This document shows positions 1 to 10,638 of a stretch of 64,000 nt of DNA, one piece after another. How positions within the stretch are numbered: the stretch's first letter is position 1; every line of letters begins with the position of its first letter. Under the pieces are notes generated by a model, which saw only the letters and a list, made by a program, of their open reading frames with translations, made no database searches and was not told the origin of the DNA. The translations under genes and the position numbers were made by a program. Source of the DNA: Alphaproteobacteria bacterium (GTDB lineage: Bacteria; Pseudomonadota; Alphaproteobacteria; UBA6615); assembly GCA_050246875.1 (NCBI GenBank), contig JBFWVF010000012.1:11375-75374 (forward strand), read 5' to 3'.

Positions 1-574
1 GGACGGCCGGCAGATAGTCCTCGTCGAACCAGGGATTGCGCCGCTGCCACCCGGTCGTGCGCCATGACGGGTGCGGCATCGGCAACAGGTCCGGCAGGTA
101 CTCGCGCCAGGCGGCGACGGTCTCGGTCAGCGTCGCCTTGCGTCGCGCGCCGAGGTACCAGGCCTGGGCGTAGCTGCCGACCAGCAGCGTCAGTTCGATC
201 TGCGGCATGAGGGCACGCAGCTTGCGGTGCCAGGTCGGCGCGCATTCCGGCCGCGGCGGCTTGTCGCCGCCCTTGGGCAGCACGCCCGGATAGCACAGGC
301 CGACCGGCACGATGGCGACACGGCATTCGTCGTAGAAGGTCTCGTCGTCGACGCCGAGCCAGGCGCGCAGCCGCGTGCCCGAGGCGTCATTCCACGGAAT
401 GCCGGTCTCGTGGACACGGATGCCCGGCGCCTGGCCGACGACCAGCAGGCGGGCGGTCGTGCTCGCGCGCAGCACGGGGCGCGGCCCCAGCGGCAGGTGC
501 GGCGCGCACTGGCCGCAGGCCCTCACCTCGCCGAGCAGGCGGGCCAGCGCCCGGCGGGCCGATTCAGCCGGCAC
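1..574 (-). CDS. Uracil-DNA glycosylase family protein (3' end runs off window)
   Basis: Manual translation from GTG 574: LGPRPVLR...LLVVGQAPGIRVHETGIPWNDASG...LCYPG...PPRPEC...PHPSWR, typical UDG-like motifs; not in the ORF track because it is truncated. Confidence 0.85.
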   Translation of the reverse strand, partial: MPAESARRALARLLGEVRACGQCAPHLPLGPRPVLRASTTARLLVVGQAPGIRVHETGIPWNDASGTRLRAWLGVDDETFYDECRVAIVPVGLCYPGVLPKGGDKPPRPECAPTWHRKLRALMPQIELTLLVGSYAQAWYLGARRKATLTETVAAWREYLPDLLPMPHPSWRTTGWQRRNPWFDEDYLPAV

Positions 575-1319
575 GGGCCAGCACGCGGCACCGCAGGGCG
601 GCGACGAATTCGGGCACGACGACGGTCGCCGGGCCGTGGCGGGCGGCGTGGAACAGGCCGAAACCCTCCGACGGTTCGAGGTTGAGTTCGATCGTCTGCG
701 CCCCGGCGCCGAAGCGTGCCTCCTGGACGAAGCCGGCGGCCGGATAGACGTTGCCCGAGGTGCCGATCGAGACGAACAGGCCGCACCGCGACAGCAGCCG
801 CCCGATACGGTCCATGTGGTACGGCATTTCGTGGAACCAGACGACGTTCGGGCGCATGCCGCCGGTCCGCCCGCAGGCCGCGCAGGCAATGTCGACCGAC
901 AGGTCGGCGCGGTTTTCCCGCACGTCGCGGCAATGGGCGCACAGCGAGCGCCACAATTCGCCATGCATGTGAACCGGCGCCGACGTGCCGCCGCGCTCGT
1001 GCAGGTCGTCGATGTTCTGCGTGACGACGACGACCTCGCCCGGCCAGAACGCTTCGAGGTCCGCCAGCGCGCGGTGCGCGGCGTTGGGCTGCACCGCCGG
1101 GTCGAGCATCTGGCGGCGGCGCGCGTTGTAGAAGCCATGCACGCGGGCGGGGTCGCGGGCGAAGGCGGCGGGCGTCGCCACCTCGTCGATCGACACGGTG
1201 GCCCAGATGCCGTCGGCGTCGCGGAACGTGGCGAGGCCCGATTCGCGCGAAATGCCGGCGCCGGTCAGGACGACGATCGTCGCGTCGGGTGAAAGGCGGT
1301 CGAGGTCGATCGTCGTCAC
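564..1319 (-). CDS. cobB: NAD-dependent protein deacylase (sirtuin)
   Basis: GAGISRESGLATFR, TQNIDDLHE, HGEL, CxxC..CxxC, GTSGNVYPAAG motifs. Confidence 0.93.
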   Translation of the reverse strand: MTTIDLDRLSPDATIVVLTGAGISRESGLATFRDADGIWATVSIDEVATPAAFARDPARVHGFYNARRRQMLDPAVQPNAAHRALADLEAFWPGEVVVVTQNIDDLHERGGTSAPVHMHGELWRSLCAHCRDVRENRADLSVDIACAACGRTGGMRPNVVWFHEMPYHMDRIGRLLSRCGLFVSIGTSGNVYPAAGFVQEARFGAGAQTIELNLEPSEGFGLFHAARHGPATVVVPEFVAALRCRVLARAG

Positions 1320-1398
1320 GGCTGTGGGCCACCGTTCGCACGCTTGCGCCGGCCGAGCCTAGCGCGCCCGCACCGCCACCGGGAGAAGAAATGCCGCC

Positions 1399-2010
1399 TC
1401 AGCGCCCCTCGTCGTCGCCGGCGTCCTGGACGTCGTCCCACTCGGCGGCGAGTTCCGCCCAGCGGCCGGCGCCGCCCTCCAGCGGATAGCTCGCTTCGCT
1501 GCGATAGACGGGGCCGTCGCTGCCGAGCGTGGAGGAGAACAGCGCGAAGGCGTCGATCTCGACCGGCGCCGCCGCGAAGCCGCCATGGGCGGCGAAGAAC
1601 GGTGCGACGCGCATCTCGGGCAGGTCGGGGCATCGCGCCAGCGTGACGTGCGGCGTGAACCGCCTTCCGTCGCCGCCATGGCCGAGGCGGCGGCAGGCGG
1701 TCTCGACGCGGGCCTGCAGGCGCTCCAGCGCCTCGTTGCGGGCGACCCCGGCCCACAGCGCGCGCACCCGCCGGCGCGAGGCGAACTGGCCGACGCCCTC
1801 GAGCGTCAGCTCGAAGGCCGCCGCGTCGACATGTCCAAGCGCGATGTCGATCTCGTCGGCCGCACGCGGATCGACCTCGCCGATGAAATGCAGGGTGAGG
1901 TGCAGGTTCTCGCGCGGCACCCAGCGCGCGCCCGCGATCGGCGTGTGCAGCATGGCCAGCGTGTCGCGCAGCGCATCCGGAAGCGCGAGGCCAACGAACA
2001 GCCGGATCAC
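1399..2010 (-). CDS. thpR: RNA 2',3'-cyclic phosphodiesterase (2H family)
   Basis: RLFVGL start and two HxT motifs (HLTL, HVTLAR). Confidence 0.9.
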   Translation of the reverse strand: MIRLFVGLALPDALRDTLAMLHTPIAGARWVPRENLHLTLHFIGEVDPRAADEIDIALGHVDAAAFELTLEGVGQFASRRRVRALWAGVARNEALERLQARVETACRRLGHGGDGRRFTPHVTLARCPDLPEMRVAPFFAAHGGFAAAPVEIDAFALFSSTLGSDGPVYRSEASYPLEGGAGRWAELAAEWDDVQDAGDDEGR

Positions 2011-2022
2011 GTCCGTCCCCCC

Positions 2023-3141
2023 TCACACGAACAGGGTCAGCACGCCCGTGTAAGTGTACAGGCGATCACGCGATATCTCGCCGTTGCCGAAGAAGCCAAC
2101 CAGCGGAAAATCGCCGAGCACGTCGCGGATCATGCCCAGCTCGACCGCGTCGGGGCCGAACTGGTTGGGGCCGCGGGCGACGCAGGAATGGTAGAGCCCG
2201 GCCTTCGGCACACCGCCCACGCGGCGGCGCAAATCGGTCAGCATGCGCTCGAGATCGGCCAGCGCGGCGGCCGGGTCGCGTCGCACCAGCATCACCCGGT
2301 CGCCGACCGCGAGCGGCGCGGCGATGGCGAGCCACCCCTCGTTCTCGTCGATGCCGACCAGATTGCGCACGAGATAATCGCCCGTGTCGGAGCCGGCGAC
2401 CGGCAGGGCGGCGTGGATGTAGCCAGCCGCGCGCGCCGGGTCGCGGGCCAGCAGTTCGCCGACATCCGCGCGGAAGACATCTACGGCCCGCCGGCCGTCG
2501 AGGGCGGCGACGACCTGACCGTCCATCGCCGTGATGGTGCGGACGGGACCGATGGGCGAGCAGCCCTGCGTCAGCCCCGTCGCCACCGCCACGTCCGCGC
2601 CGAGCAGCACGCCAGAGGCGCCGCCCGAGGCCGGCGCGTCGGCGAAGTGCACCGGACCGCGCGTCGCCGTCGTCAGGCCGCCGACGAGGAAGCCGCCGGT
2701 CGCCTGGGCGAGCGCGCTCACGAGATCCTGCGGCGCATTGGTCGTCGGGTCGGCATGGACGACGCCGAGCGCCGGCGCGTGCGCCGCGAGCCACGGCCCG
2801 AGTCCCGCCCGGTCCACCACCGCAGCGCCGGTCCCGGCTGGCAGGACGCGGAAGGCATCCTCCGGCAGGTCGCAGGCGAGCACGGCGATGGCCGACTTGC
2901 CGACATACTCGGCACCGGTTGCGCAGACGCCGGGGCCGAGGGCGCCGACCCAGTGCGGAATGCCCGTGCGCTGGCGCAGGAAGGCGGCGACGTCGCCGAA
3001 CATCCGCGCCAGCGGCTCGGAGACGTAGAGGAACGCAAGGCTGGCCTTCGTCTCGCCGAGCTGGGCGAGGCACTTGCCGGCGATCAGGTACCATTCGGTC
3101 CCGACCTCGCCCGCGGCATGGGCGCAACGGAACGCTGCCAT
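2023..3141 (-). CDS. FIST N/C domain protein
   Basis: TQGCSPIG, YLVRNLVG, YHSCVARG, GFFGNGEI...YTYTGVL motifs. Confidence 0.88.
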   Translation of the reverse strand: MAAFRCAHAAGEVGTEWYLIAGKCLAQLGETKASLAFLYVSEPLARMFGDVAAFLRQRTGIPHWVGALGPGVCATGAEYVGKSAIAVLACDLPEDAFRVLPAGTGAAVVDRAGLGPWLAAHAPALGVVHADPTTNAPQDLVSALAQATGGFLVGGLTTATRGPVHFADAPASGGASGVLLGADVAVATGLTQGCSPIGPVRTITAMDGQVVAALDGRRAVDVFRADVGELLARDPARAAGYIHAALPVAGSDTGDYLVRNLVGIDENEGWLAIAAPLAVGDRVMLVRRDPAAALADLERMLTDLRRRVGGVPKAGLYHSCVARGPNQFGPDAVELGMIRDVLGDFPLVGFFGNGEISRDRLYTYTGVLTLFV

Positions 3142-3148
3142 CGACGTC

Positions 3149-3781
3149 TCAGCCCTGGCCGGCAGGCCCGAGCGCCCGCAGGACGTAGGGCAGGATGCGC
3201 GCGACGATCACGGCGACTCCATCGGCGTTGGGGTGAATGCCGTCGGCCTGGTTGAGCCGCGGCTCCGCGGCGACCCCCTCGAGGAAGAAGGGATAGAACA
3301 CGACGCCGTGACGCGCGGCAAGGCGGGGGAAGACGGCATCGAAGGCCGTCGCGTAGTCCGGTCCGAGGTTGGGCGGTGCGCGCATGCCGGTCAGCAGCAC
3401 CGGCACGCCGCGCGCCTTCAACGCCGTCAGGATGGCATCGAGGTTGGCCTCGGTCTGGCGCGGATCGAGGCCGCGCAGGCCGTCGTTGGCGCCCAGTTCG
3501 ACGATGGCGAGGGCGGCGCCGTCATGGCCGGCGAAAGTCCAGTCCAGCCGTGCCCGCCCGCCCGCCGTGGTATCGCCCGACACCCCGCCGTCGACCACGC
3601 GCGCCGCCACGCCCCGCGCGGCGAGCGCGGCCTCGAGCTGGCGCACGAAGGCCTTGTCGGCGGGCAGCCCCCAGCCGGCAACGAGGCTGTCGCCGAAGGC
3701 GACGATGGTCCGGCCGTCGGCCGCATCGGCGGACGGCGCGCGGAACAGGGAGAGGACCGCCAGCAGGACGACCGCGAGCAT
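3149..3781 (-). CDS. GDSL arylesterase / acyl-CoA thioesterase I (TesA-like); start approximate
   Basis: FGDSL, GVSGDTTAGG, ELGAND, DGIHPN blocks; signal-peptide-like N-terminus; divergent from ybbA/ybbP-like pair. Confidence 0.9.
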   Translation of the reverse strand: MLAVVLLAVLSLFRAPSADAADGRTIVAFGDSLVAGWGLPADKAFVRQLEAALAARGVAARVVDGGVSGDTTAGGRARLDWTFAGHDGAALAIVELGANDGLRGLDPRQTEANLDAILTALKARGVPVLLTGMRAPPNLGPDYATAFDAVFPRLAARHGVVFYPFFLEGVAAEPRLNQADGIHPNADGVAVIVARILPYVLRALGPAGQG

Positions 3782-3956
3782 GCGGCGCACGCCACACTTT
3801 AGCCGCATCGATGCGCTGCCGTGGCGTGCATGGACCGCGTCGTTCCCGCCCGTGGCTGACATCGCCGATCGCTCCCTTCCGCCGGAAGCCGCGTTGACAC
3901 CGCCCGTCGAGGGCCCATATGGGCGGGGCACCCCCGCCCTCGCCGGAGATACCCGC

Positions 3957-4667
3957 ATGGCGTCGCCTTCCTCGCCCACGGCCGCGCCGGACGACAGGAT
4001 CGTGCGGCTCGCCGGGGTCAGGCTCGATCTCGCAGGTCCGGCGGGACCGGTCAACGTGCTGCGCGGCATCGACCTCGACGTGCGCGCCGGCGAACGGCTG
4101 GCGATCGTCGGGCCTTCGGGTTCCGGCAAGACGACCCTCCTGATGGTGATGGCAGGACTGGAACGCGCGAGCACCGGCGACGTCGTCGTCGCCGGGGCCG
4201 ATTTCGCCGGCCTCGACGAGGACGCGATGGCGCTGCTGCGTCGCGGCCGCATCGGCATCGTCTTCCAGTCCTTCCATCTCGTGCCGACGATGTCGGCGCT
4301 GGAGAACGTCGCCGTGCCGCTCGAACTCGCCGGCCGCCGCGACGCCTTCGCCCGCGCGGCCGAGTGCCTCGGCATGGTCGGCCTCGCCGGCCGCACCGGC
4401 CACTATCCCGGCCAGCTATCGGGCGGCGAGCAGCAGCGCGTCGCGGTGGCCCGTGCCTTCGCGTCGCAGCCGGCCCTGCTGCTGGCCGACGAGCCGACCG
4501 GCAACCTCGACCGCGCCACCGGCGATCTCGTCATGGACACACTGTTCGCGCTGGCGAAGGCGCACGATACCACGCTTGTCCTCGTCACGCATGACGAGGC
4601 GGTCGCGGCGCGCTGCGACCGCACGGTTCACATCGCCGACGGCCTCATCCGGCGGGCGGCGGCGTGA
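3957..4667 (+). CDS. ABC transporter ATP-binding protein (YbbA-like)
   Basis: Walker [28 protein letters not shown]; ATG 3957 after GGAG. Confidence 0.92.
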   Translation: MASPSSPTAAPDDRIVRLAGVRLDLAGPAGPVNVLRGIDLDVRAGERLAIVGPSGSGKTTLLMVMAGLERASTGDVVVAGADFAGLDEDAMALLRRGRIGIVFQSFHLVPTMSALENVAVPLELAGRRDAFARAAECLGMVGLAGRTGHYPGQLSGGEQQRVAVARAFASQPALLLADEPTGNLDRATGDLVMDTLFALAKAHDTTLVLVTHDEAVAARCDRTVHIADGLIRRAAA

Positions 4668-7210
4668 GCGGGCTCGCCGACTGGGCGCTGGCCGCGCGCC
4701 TCGCCCGGCGCGAGCTGCGCGGCGGCGTGCGCGGCTTCCGCCTGCTGGTCGCCTGCCTCGGTCTCGGTGTCGCCGCCATCACCGCCGTCGGCACGCTCGA
4801 CGCGATGCTGGTGGCCGGCCTGCGCGACGAGGCCCGTACTATCCTCGGCGGCGACGTCGCCGTCCGCCAGATCCACCAGCCTCCCGAGCCGGCGGTGCGC
4901 GACCTGCTCGCCGACGGCGGCACGGTCTCGGCGACGCGCGAACTGCGCGCCATGGCCCATGCCGGCGACGGCGCCCGCACGCTGGTCGAGATGAAGGCGG
5001 TCGACGCGGCATGGCCGCTCTACGGCACCCTGGTGACGGCACCGGCCCTGCCGCGCGACGGCCTGCTGGCGCCCCGCGCGGCCGGCGACGGCGCCACGCT
5101 CTGGGGCGCCGCCATCGAGCCGGCCCTCGCCGACAAGCTCGCCGCCGGCATCGGCGACCGGCTGACCGTCGGCGCCGCGACGTTCGAAGTCCGCGCCCTC
5201 ATCGAGCGCGAACCCGACCGGCTCGGCGGCGGCACCTTCCGCCTCGGCCCGCGCCTGCTGGCCAGCGCCGAGGCCCTCGACGCCACCGGCCTGATCCAGC
5301 CCGGCAGCCTCGTCTCGCACAGCCTGCGGGTGCGCCTGCCGCCGGGCAGCGACGCGGCGGCGCTGGCCGCGCGCCTCGACGACGGCTGGCCCGACGCGCC
5401 ATGGCGCGTGCGGACCCCCGACGAAGCCTCGCCCGGCGTGACGCGGCTGGTCGGGCGCCTGTCGCTGTTCCTCGGGCTGGTCGGCCTCACCGCGCTCCTC
5501 ATCGGCGGCGTCGGCGTCGCCAACGCCGTGACGGCGCACCTCGCGCGCAAGCCGGCGACGATCGCCACGCTGAAGTGCCTCGGCGCGCCGGCGACCCTGG
5601 TGTTCCGCGTCTACCTGCTGGAGACGCTGGCGATCGCCGGCCTCGGCCTCGCGCTCGGCCTCGTGCTCGGCGTCGGGGTGGCGCTCGCCGCGAGCCTGCT
5701 GCTGGGCGATCTGCTGCCGGTGGCGATCGACCCTGCCCTGCTGCCATGGCCCGTGCTGCGCGCCGCGGTCTTCGGCCTGCTGACCGCGCTCGCCTTCGCC
5801 ATCGTGCCGGTGGCGCGCGCGGCGCGGCTGTCGCCGGCGCTGCTGTTCCGCGCCGCCGCCGTGCCGCCCGCCGGGATGCCGCCGCGGGCCTATCTGGCAG
5901 CCGCGGCGCTGTGCGCCGCCGGACTCGCCGCGCTCGCCATCGTCGCAGCGCCGGATGCGCGCTTCGCCGCCTTCTTCGTCGCCGGAGCCGCCGCCGCCTT
6001 CCTCGTCCTGCGCCTCGCCGCCGTCGGCGTGGCGGCGCTCGCCCGGCGCTGGTCGCCGTCCGAGCGGCCGCTGCTGCGGCTCGGCATCGCCGCGCTCTAC
6101 CGCCCCGGCGCGGCAACAGCGCCGGTCATCGTCTCGCTCGGCCTCGGCCTCGCCGTGCTGGTCGCGGTGGTCACCGTCGAGGGCAACCTCGCGCGCCAGT
6201 TCCGCGAGGAATTGCCCGAGACGGCGCCGGCCTTCTTCTTCCTCGACATCCAGCCCGACCAGCTCGTGCGCTTTCGCACCATCGTCGCCGGCACGCCGGG
6301 AACGGGCGCGGTCGAGGACGTGCCGATGCTGCGCGGCCGCATCGTCGAACTGAACGGGCGGCCGGCGGGCGAGGTGGAGATATCGCCCGACGCGCGCTGG
6401 GCGCTCGACGGCGACCGCGGCATCACCTGGGCGGCGACGGCGCCGGAGAACTCGCCCGTGGTCGAAGGCACATGGTGGCCGGCGGACTACAGCGGCCCGC
6501 CGCTGGTCAGCGTCGAGGCCAACATCGCGCGCGGCCTCGGCCTCGGCGTCGGCGACACGCTGGCGGTCAACGTGCTCGGCCGCACCGTGCAGGCGCGGGT
6601 AGCAAGCCTGCGGAAGGTCGAGTGGAACAGCCTCGCCATCAATTTCGTGATGATCTTCTCGCCCGGCCCGCTCGACGGCGCGCCGCGCATGCACGTGGCG
6701 ATCGTCCATGCTGCGCCGGCGGCCGAGTCGCCGCTGGAACGGGCGGTGACGGACGCCTTCGCCAACATCAGCGCCGTGCGGGTGCGCGAGGCACTGGAGG
6801 AAGCGACGGCGCTTGCCGGACAGGTGGCGACGGGCGTGCGGGCCGCCGCCGCGACGGCACTGGTGGCCGGGACGCTGGTTCTCGCCGGCGCGCTGGCGGC
6901 AGGCGAACGGCGGCGGCTGGCCGACGGCGCCGTGCTCAAGGTGCTGGGCGCCCGCCGGCGCGACGTGCTGGCGGCATGGCTCGCCGAACTCGCCCTACTG
7001 GCGCTGGCTGCGGCGATCGTCGCCGGCATCGCCGGCACGCTGGCCGGCTGGGCGGTGACGACGCAGGTGCTGCGGCTGCCATGGACACTGCTGCCGGGCA
7101 CCGTGCTCGCCACGCTCGCCATCGCCGTGCTGGCGACCGTGGCGCTCGGCCTCGCCGGCACGTGGCGGGCCCTCGGTGCCCCCGCCGCGCCCCTGCTGCG
7201 CGAGCCCTGA
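4664..7210 (+). CDS. ABC transporter permease (YbbP/FtsX-like)
   Basis: 848 aa, two FtsX-like hydrophobic halves, ARRELRGG start, overlaps ATPase stop. Confidence 0.9.
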   Translation: MSGLADWALAARLARRELRGGVRGFRLLVACLGLGVAAITAVGTLDAMLVAGLRDEARTILGGDVAVRQIHQPPEPAVRDLLADGGTVSATRELRAMAHAGDGARTLVEMKAVDAAWPLYGTLVTAPALPRDGLLAPRAAGDGATLWGAAIEPALADKLAAGIGDRLTVGAATFEVRALIEREPDRLGGGTFRLGPRLLASAEALDATGLIQPGSLVSHSLRVRLPPGSDAAALAARLDDGWPDAPWRVRTPDEASPGVTRLVGRLSLFLGLVGLTALLIGGVGVANAVTAHLARKPATIATLKCLGAPATLVFRVYLLETLAIAGLGLALGLVLGVGVALAASLLLGDLLPVAIDPALLPWPVLRAAVFGLLTALAFAIVPVARAARLSPALLFRAAAVPPAGMPPRAYLAAAALCAAGLAALAIVAAPDARFAAFFVAGAAAAFLVLRLAAVGVAALARRWSPSERPLLRLGIAALYRPGAATAPVIVSLGLGLAVLVAVVTVEGNLARQFREELPETAPAFFFLDIQPDQLVRFRTIVAGTPGTGAVEDVPMLRGRIVELNGRPAGEVEISPDARWALDGDRGITWAATAPENSPVVEGTWWPADYSGPPLVSVEANIARGLGLGVGDTLAVNVLGRTVQARVASLRKVEWNSLAINFVMIFSPGPLDGAPRMHVAIVHAAPAAESPLERAVTDAFANISAVRVREALEEATALAGQVATGVRAAAATALVAGTLVLAGALAAGERRRLADGAVLKVLGARRRDVLAAWLAELALLALAAAIVAGIAGTLAGWAVTTQVLRLPWTLLPGTVLATLAIAVLATVALGLAGTWRALGAPAAPLLREP

Positions 7211-7324
7211 AACACCCGCCGGCTGTTGAATCAGGCGCCGGCAAACCCCATATTGCGCCCCGTGGGGACTGCGATGGCCGCGCAGACAGACGGCCGCGCT
7301 CATTCAGACGAGACGAGGGACTTC

Positions 7325-8047
7325 ATGGCCAATCTCGAACCGCGCCCGATGACCCTGCGCGCCGGCAGCGCCACCGGCGCGGCGGTGGACGAGGGCCTGC
7401 GCGCCTACATGCTGCGCGTCTACAACTACATGGCGACCGGGCTCGCCGTGACCGGGCTCGTTGCCTGGATCGTCGCCAACACGCCGGCCGTCTACAACGC
7501 CATCTTCGGCTCCGGCCTGATGTGGCTGTTCATCCTGGCGCCGATCGGCGTGGTGTTCTTCCTGTCGGCCCGCATCCACAAGATGAGCTTCGGCGCCGCC
7601 CAGGCGACCTACTGGATCTACGCCGCGCTGAACGGCATCGCCCTTTCGACGCTGTTCCTCGCCTACACCGGCAGCGACCTCGCGCGCGTGTTCTTCATCA
7701 CCGCCGCCGCCTTTGCCGGCCTGTCGCTCTACGGCTACACGACGAAGCGCGACCTGTCGGGCTGGGGCTCGTTCCTGGTGATGGGCCTGATCGGCGTCAT
7801 CATCGCCATGGTGGTGAACATCTTCGTCGAGTCGACGATGCTGCAGTTCGTCATTTCGGTGATCGGCGTCCTCGTGTTCGCCGGCCTCACCGCCTACGAC
7901 ACGCAGAAGATCAAGGAAATGTACGTCGAGGGCGACGGCACCGCCGTCATGGGCAAGAAGGCCATCTTCGGCGCCCTCAAGCTCTACCTCGACTTCCTCA
8001 ACATGTTCGTCCTGCTACTGTACCTGTTCGGCGGTTCGCGCGAGTAG
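7325..8047 (+). CDS. Bax inhibitor-1/YccA family membrane protein
   Basis: DEGLRAYMLRVYNYM, YGYTTKRDLS, TAYDTQKIK, ALKLYLDFLN. Confidence 0.93.
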   Translation: MANLEPRPMTLRAGSATGAAVDEGLRAYMLRVYNYMATGLAVTGLVAWIVANTPAVYNAIFGSGLMWLFILAPIGVVFFLSARIHKMSFGAAQATYWIYAALNGIALSTLFLAYTGSDLARVFFITAAAFAGLSLYGYTTKRDLSGWGSFLVMGLIGVIIAMVVNIFVESTMLQFVISVIGVLVFAGLTAYDTQKIKEMYVEGDGTAVMGKKAIFGALKLYLDFLNMFVLLLYLFGGSRE

Positions 8048-8072
8048 CGCCGCCGCAGCGTCCAACCGACCG

Positions 8073-8108
8073 GCGCCCGGAAGCCCTGCTTCCGGGCGCT
8101 TTTCGTTT
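8073..8108 (+). terminator. Rho-independent terminator
   Basis: GCGCCCGGAAGC-CCT-GCTTCCGGGCGC 12-bp stem followed by TTTTCGTTT, just after the yccA-like gene. Confidence 0.85.
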
Positions 8109-8183
8109 GCGCGGCATTTGCCTCCACCGCCCGCCCCGCTAGGATCGCGCGGCGCCCCGGCAGAGGGCGGCACCGGGGTAGGA

Positions 8184-8972
8184 ATGGAACGTCTGGACCT
8201 CGATGGCAGGATCGCGCTGGTCACCGGCGCCGCGCGCGGCATCGGCCGGGCGACGGCGCTGGAGCTGGCGTGCGGCGGCGCCGTGCTGGCGCTGCACGGG
8301 CGCAGCACGGAGAGCCTCGCCGACACCGTCGCCGCAATACGGGCGGCCGGCGGCGCCGTCGGCTCCCTCCACACCGCCGACCTCACCACGGCCGCCGCCG
8401 CGAGCGGCCTCGCGGACGAGGTGCTGGCGCGCCACGGTCACCTCGACATCCTGATCAACAATGCCGGCGCGCTGACCCTCGGCAGCCCGGCCGAACTGCC
8501 GCCGGACGAGCTGGCGCGCCTGCTCGCCGTCAACGTCGTCGCGCCCTGGGCACTGATGCGCGCCATGCTGCCGGCAATGCGGACGCGCGGTCGCGGCGTG
8601 ATCGTCAACATCTCCTCGATCCGCTCGCGCCTGCCCGACCGCGGCTTCGGCGCCTATTGCGCGACCAAGGCCGGGCTGCTCGCCGTCACACAGTGCCTGC
8701 ATCACGAACTGGCCGGCACCGGCGTGCGCGTCGTGGCACTGTCGCCCGGCCTCACCGCGACCGGCATGGCCGACGCCATCCACGCCTATTCCGGCCCGCA
8801 GGCCGGCACGGCGCCCGCCGACATCCCGCCGCCCGAGCGCCCGGCGCGCGTCATCGGCTGGCTCGCCACCGACGCGGCGGCCGATCTCGCCGGCGCCGAC
8901 ATCATCCTGCAGTTCGACGCCATCACCCTGCGCGCCGGGCTCGAGACCGGCCTCGCGGAGCGCGCGGCATGA
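8184..8972 (+). CDS. Short-chain dehydrogenase/reductase (tandem copy 1)
   Basis: TGAARGIG, NNAG, YCATK. Confidence 0.88.
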   Translation: MERLDLDGRIALVTGAARGIGRATALELACGGAVLALHGRSTESLADTVAAIRAAGGAVGSLHTADLTTAAAASGLADEVLARHGHLDILINNAGALTLGSPAELPPDELARLLAVNVVAPWALMRAMLPAMRTRGRGVIVNISSIRSRLPDRGFGAYCATKAGLLAVTQCLHHELAGTGVRVVALSPGLTATGMADAIHAYSGPQAGTAPADIPPPERPARVIGWLATDAAADLAGADIILQFDAITLRAGLETGLAERAA

Positions 8973-9751
8973 CCGCGCCCGCGTCCCTCGCCGGCAAGGT
9001 GGCGCTGGTCACCGGCGCCTCGCGCGGCATCGGCCGGGCGACGGCGGCCGAACTGGCGCGACGCGGCGCCGCCGTGGCCCTCGCCGCCACCGGCGAGGAC
9101 GGCTGCGAGGACACGGCGGCGGCGATCCGGCGGGAGGGCGGCACCGTCGCCTCGATTCACGGCGCGGACCTGTCCGACCCGCGCGCCGCGAGCGCGCTCG
9201 GCGCGGCGGTCCTCGCCAGCCACGGCCGCCTCGACATCCTCGTCAACAACGCCGGCGCCGCCGCCCTCGGCAGCCTCGACGTCGTGGCGCCGGCCGAGCT
9301 GGCCCGCGTGCTGGCGGTCAACGTGACGGCGCCGTGGGCGCTGATGCGCGCGGTGCTCCCGTCGATGCAGGCGCGCAACGCCGGCATCGTCGTCAACCTG
9401 TGCAGCGCGCGCGCCCACCAGCCCGGCAGGGGCTACGGCGCATACTGCGCCTCCAAGGCCGCGCTGCTGCGGCTGACGCAGTGCCTGCACGCCGAACTGG
9501 CCGGCAGTGGCGTGCAGGTATTCGCCTTCTCGCCCGGCCTGACGCTGACCGACATGGTGCGGGCGATCTACGACCGCGCCGACGCGCCGATGGCGCTGCC
9601 GCTCGACGCCGTGCCGCCGCCCGAACGGCCGGCGCGGGTGATCGCGTGGCTCGCCTCGGGCGAAGCGGCCGACCTTGCCGGGCGCGACATCGCCATCCAG
9701 TTCAACGACATCACACGGCGCGCCGGGCTCGAGACCGGCGCGGGGGGATAG
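8969..9751 (+). CDS. Short-chain dehydrogenase/reductase (tandem copy 2)
   Basis: TGASRGIG, NNAG, YCASK; ATGA overlap with copy 1. Confidence 0.88.
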   Translation: MTAPASLAGKVALVTGASRGIGRATAAELARRGAAVALAATGEDGCEDTAAAIRREGGTVASIHGADLSDPRAASALGAAVLASHGRLDILVNNAGAAALGSLDVVAPAELARVLAVNVTAPWALMRAVLPSMQARNAGIVVNLCSARAHQPGRGYGAYCASKAALLRLTQCLHAELAGSGVQVFAFSPGLTLTDMVRAIYDRADAPMALPLDAVPPPERPARVIAWLASGEAADLAGRDIAIQFNDITRRAGLETGAGG

Positions 9752-9757
9752 GTTGTC

Positions 9758-10534
9758 ATGGTGCTGAAACCGGATGCGCTCGCCGGCAAGCTCGCCGTCG
9801 TCACCGGCGGCTCGCGCGGTATCGGCCGCGCGGCGGCGATCGAGATGGCGAAGGCCGGCGCGAAGCTGGTGCTGACGGCGCGCACGGCGGCGGCCTGCGA
9901 GGCAGCGGCCGAGGCGGTGCGCGCGGCCGGCGGCGCGGTCGCCTCGCTGCACGGCTTCGACGTCGCCGACGTCGCCGCGACCGAGGCCTTCGCCGCCGAG
10001 GTGCAGCGGCGCCACGGCGCGGTCGACATCCTCGTCAACAACGCCGGCGTCGGCACGCTCGGCACCGTCGAGGCCATGGCGCCCGAGGAACTGGAGCGCA
10101 TGCTGGCGATCAACGTCGTCGGGCCCTACACGCTGATCCGCGCCCTTCTGCCGGCGATGCTGGCGCGCAAGGCCGGTGTCATCATCAACATCACCAGCGC
10201 GCGGGCCAACATGCCGGCGGCCGGCTACGGCGCCTACTGCGCCTCCAAGGCCGGGCTGATGGCGCTCGGCCGCTGCCTCGCGCTCGAACTCGACGGCACC
10301 GGCGTCCGCATGGTCGGCTTCTCGCCCGGCTTCACGGCGACCGACATGCTCGACGACCTCTACAGCCCGCAGAACGTTCACCTCGCCGCCATCCCGGCCA
10401 GCGCCGCGCATCCGCCGCAGCGGCCGGCGCGCATCATCGCCTGGCTCGCCACCGACGCGGCCGCCGACCTCGCCGGCCGCGAGATCGGCATCCAGTGGAA
10501 CGACATCACCCTGCGGGCCGGGCTCGAAGGGTAA
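9758..10534 (+). CDS. Short-chain dehydrogenase/reductase (tandem copy 3)
   Basis: TGGSRGIG, NNAG, YCASK. Confidence 0.9.
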   Translation: MVLKPDALAGKLAVVTGGSRGIGRAAAIEMAKAGAKLVLTARTAAACEAAAEAVRAAGGAVASLHGFDVADVAATEAFAAEVQRRHGAVDILVNNAGVGTLGTVEAMAPEELERMLAINVVGPYTLIRALLPAMLARKAGVIINITSARANMPAAGYGAYCASKAGLMALGRCLALELDGTGVRMVGFSPGFTATDMLDDLYSPQNVHLAAIPASAAHPPQRPARIIAWLATDAAADLAGREIGIQWNDITLRAGLEG

Positions 10535-10638
10535 AGGCTCAGTCCCTGAGCGCCGCGGCGGCACGGGCTGTCGGCCCGCCGCCGCTGCGGACATAGGCTT
10601 GCGCCGCGCCGGGCAGGACGCGGCAAGGAGGAGAAACC

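Noticed and set aside
4453-8142. Very long alternative-frame and antisense ORFs (e.g. 1229 aa here, 17859-20528, 35649-38165)
   Set aside because: Arg/Ala/Gly/Pro-rich shadow ORFs expected in very GC-rich DNA, overlapping well-supported genes.
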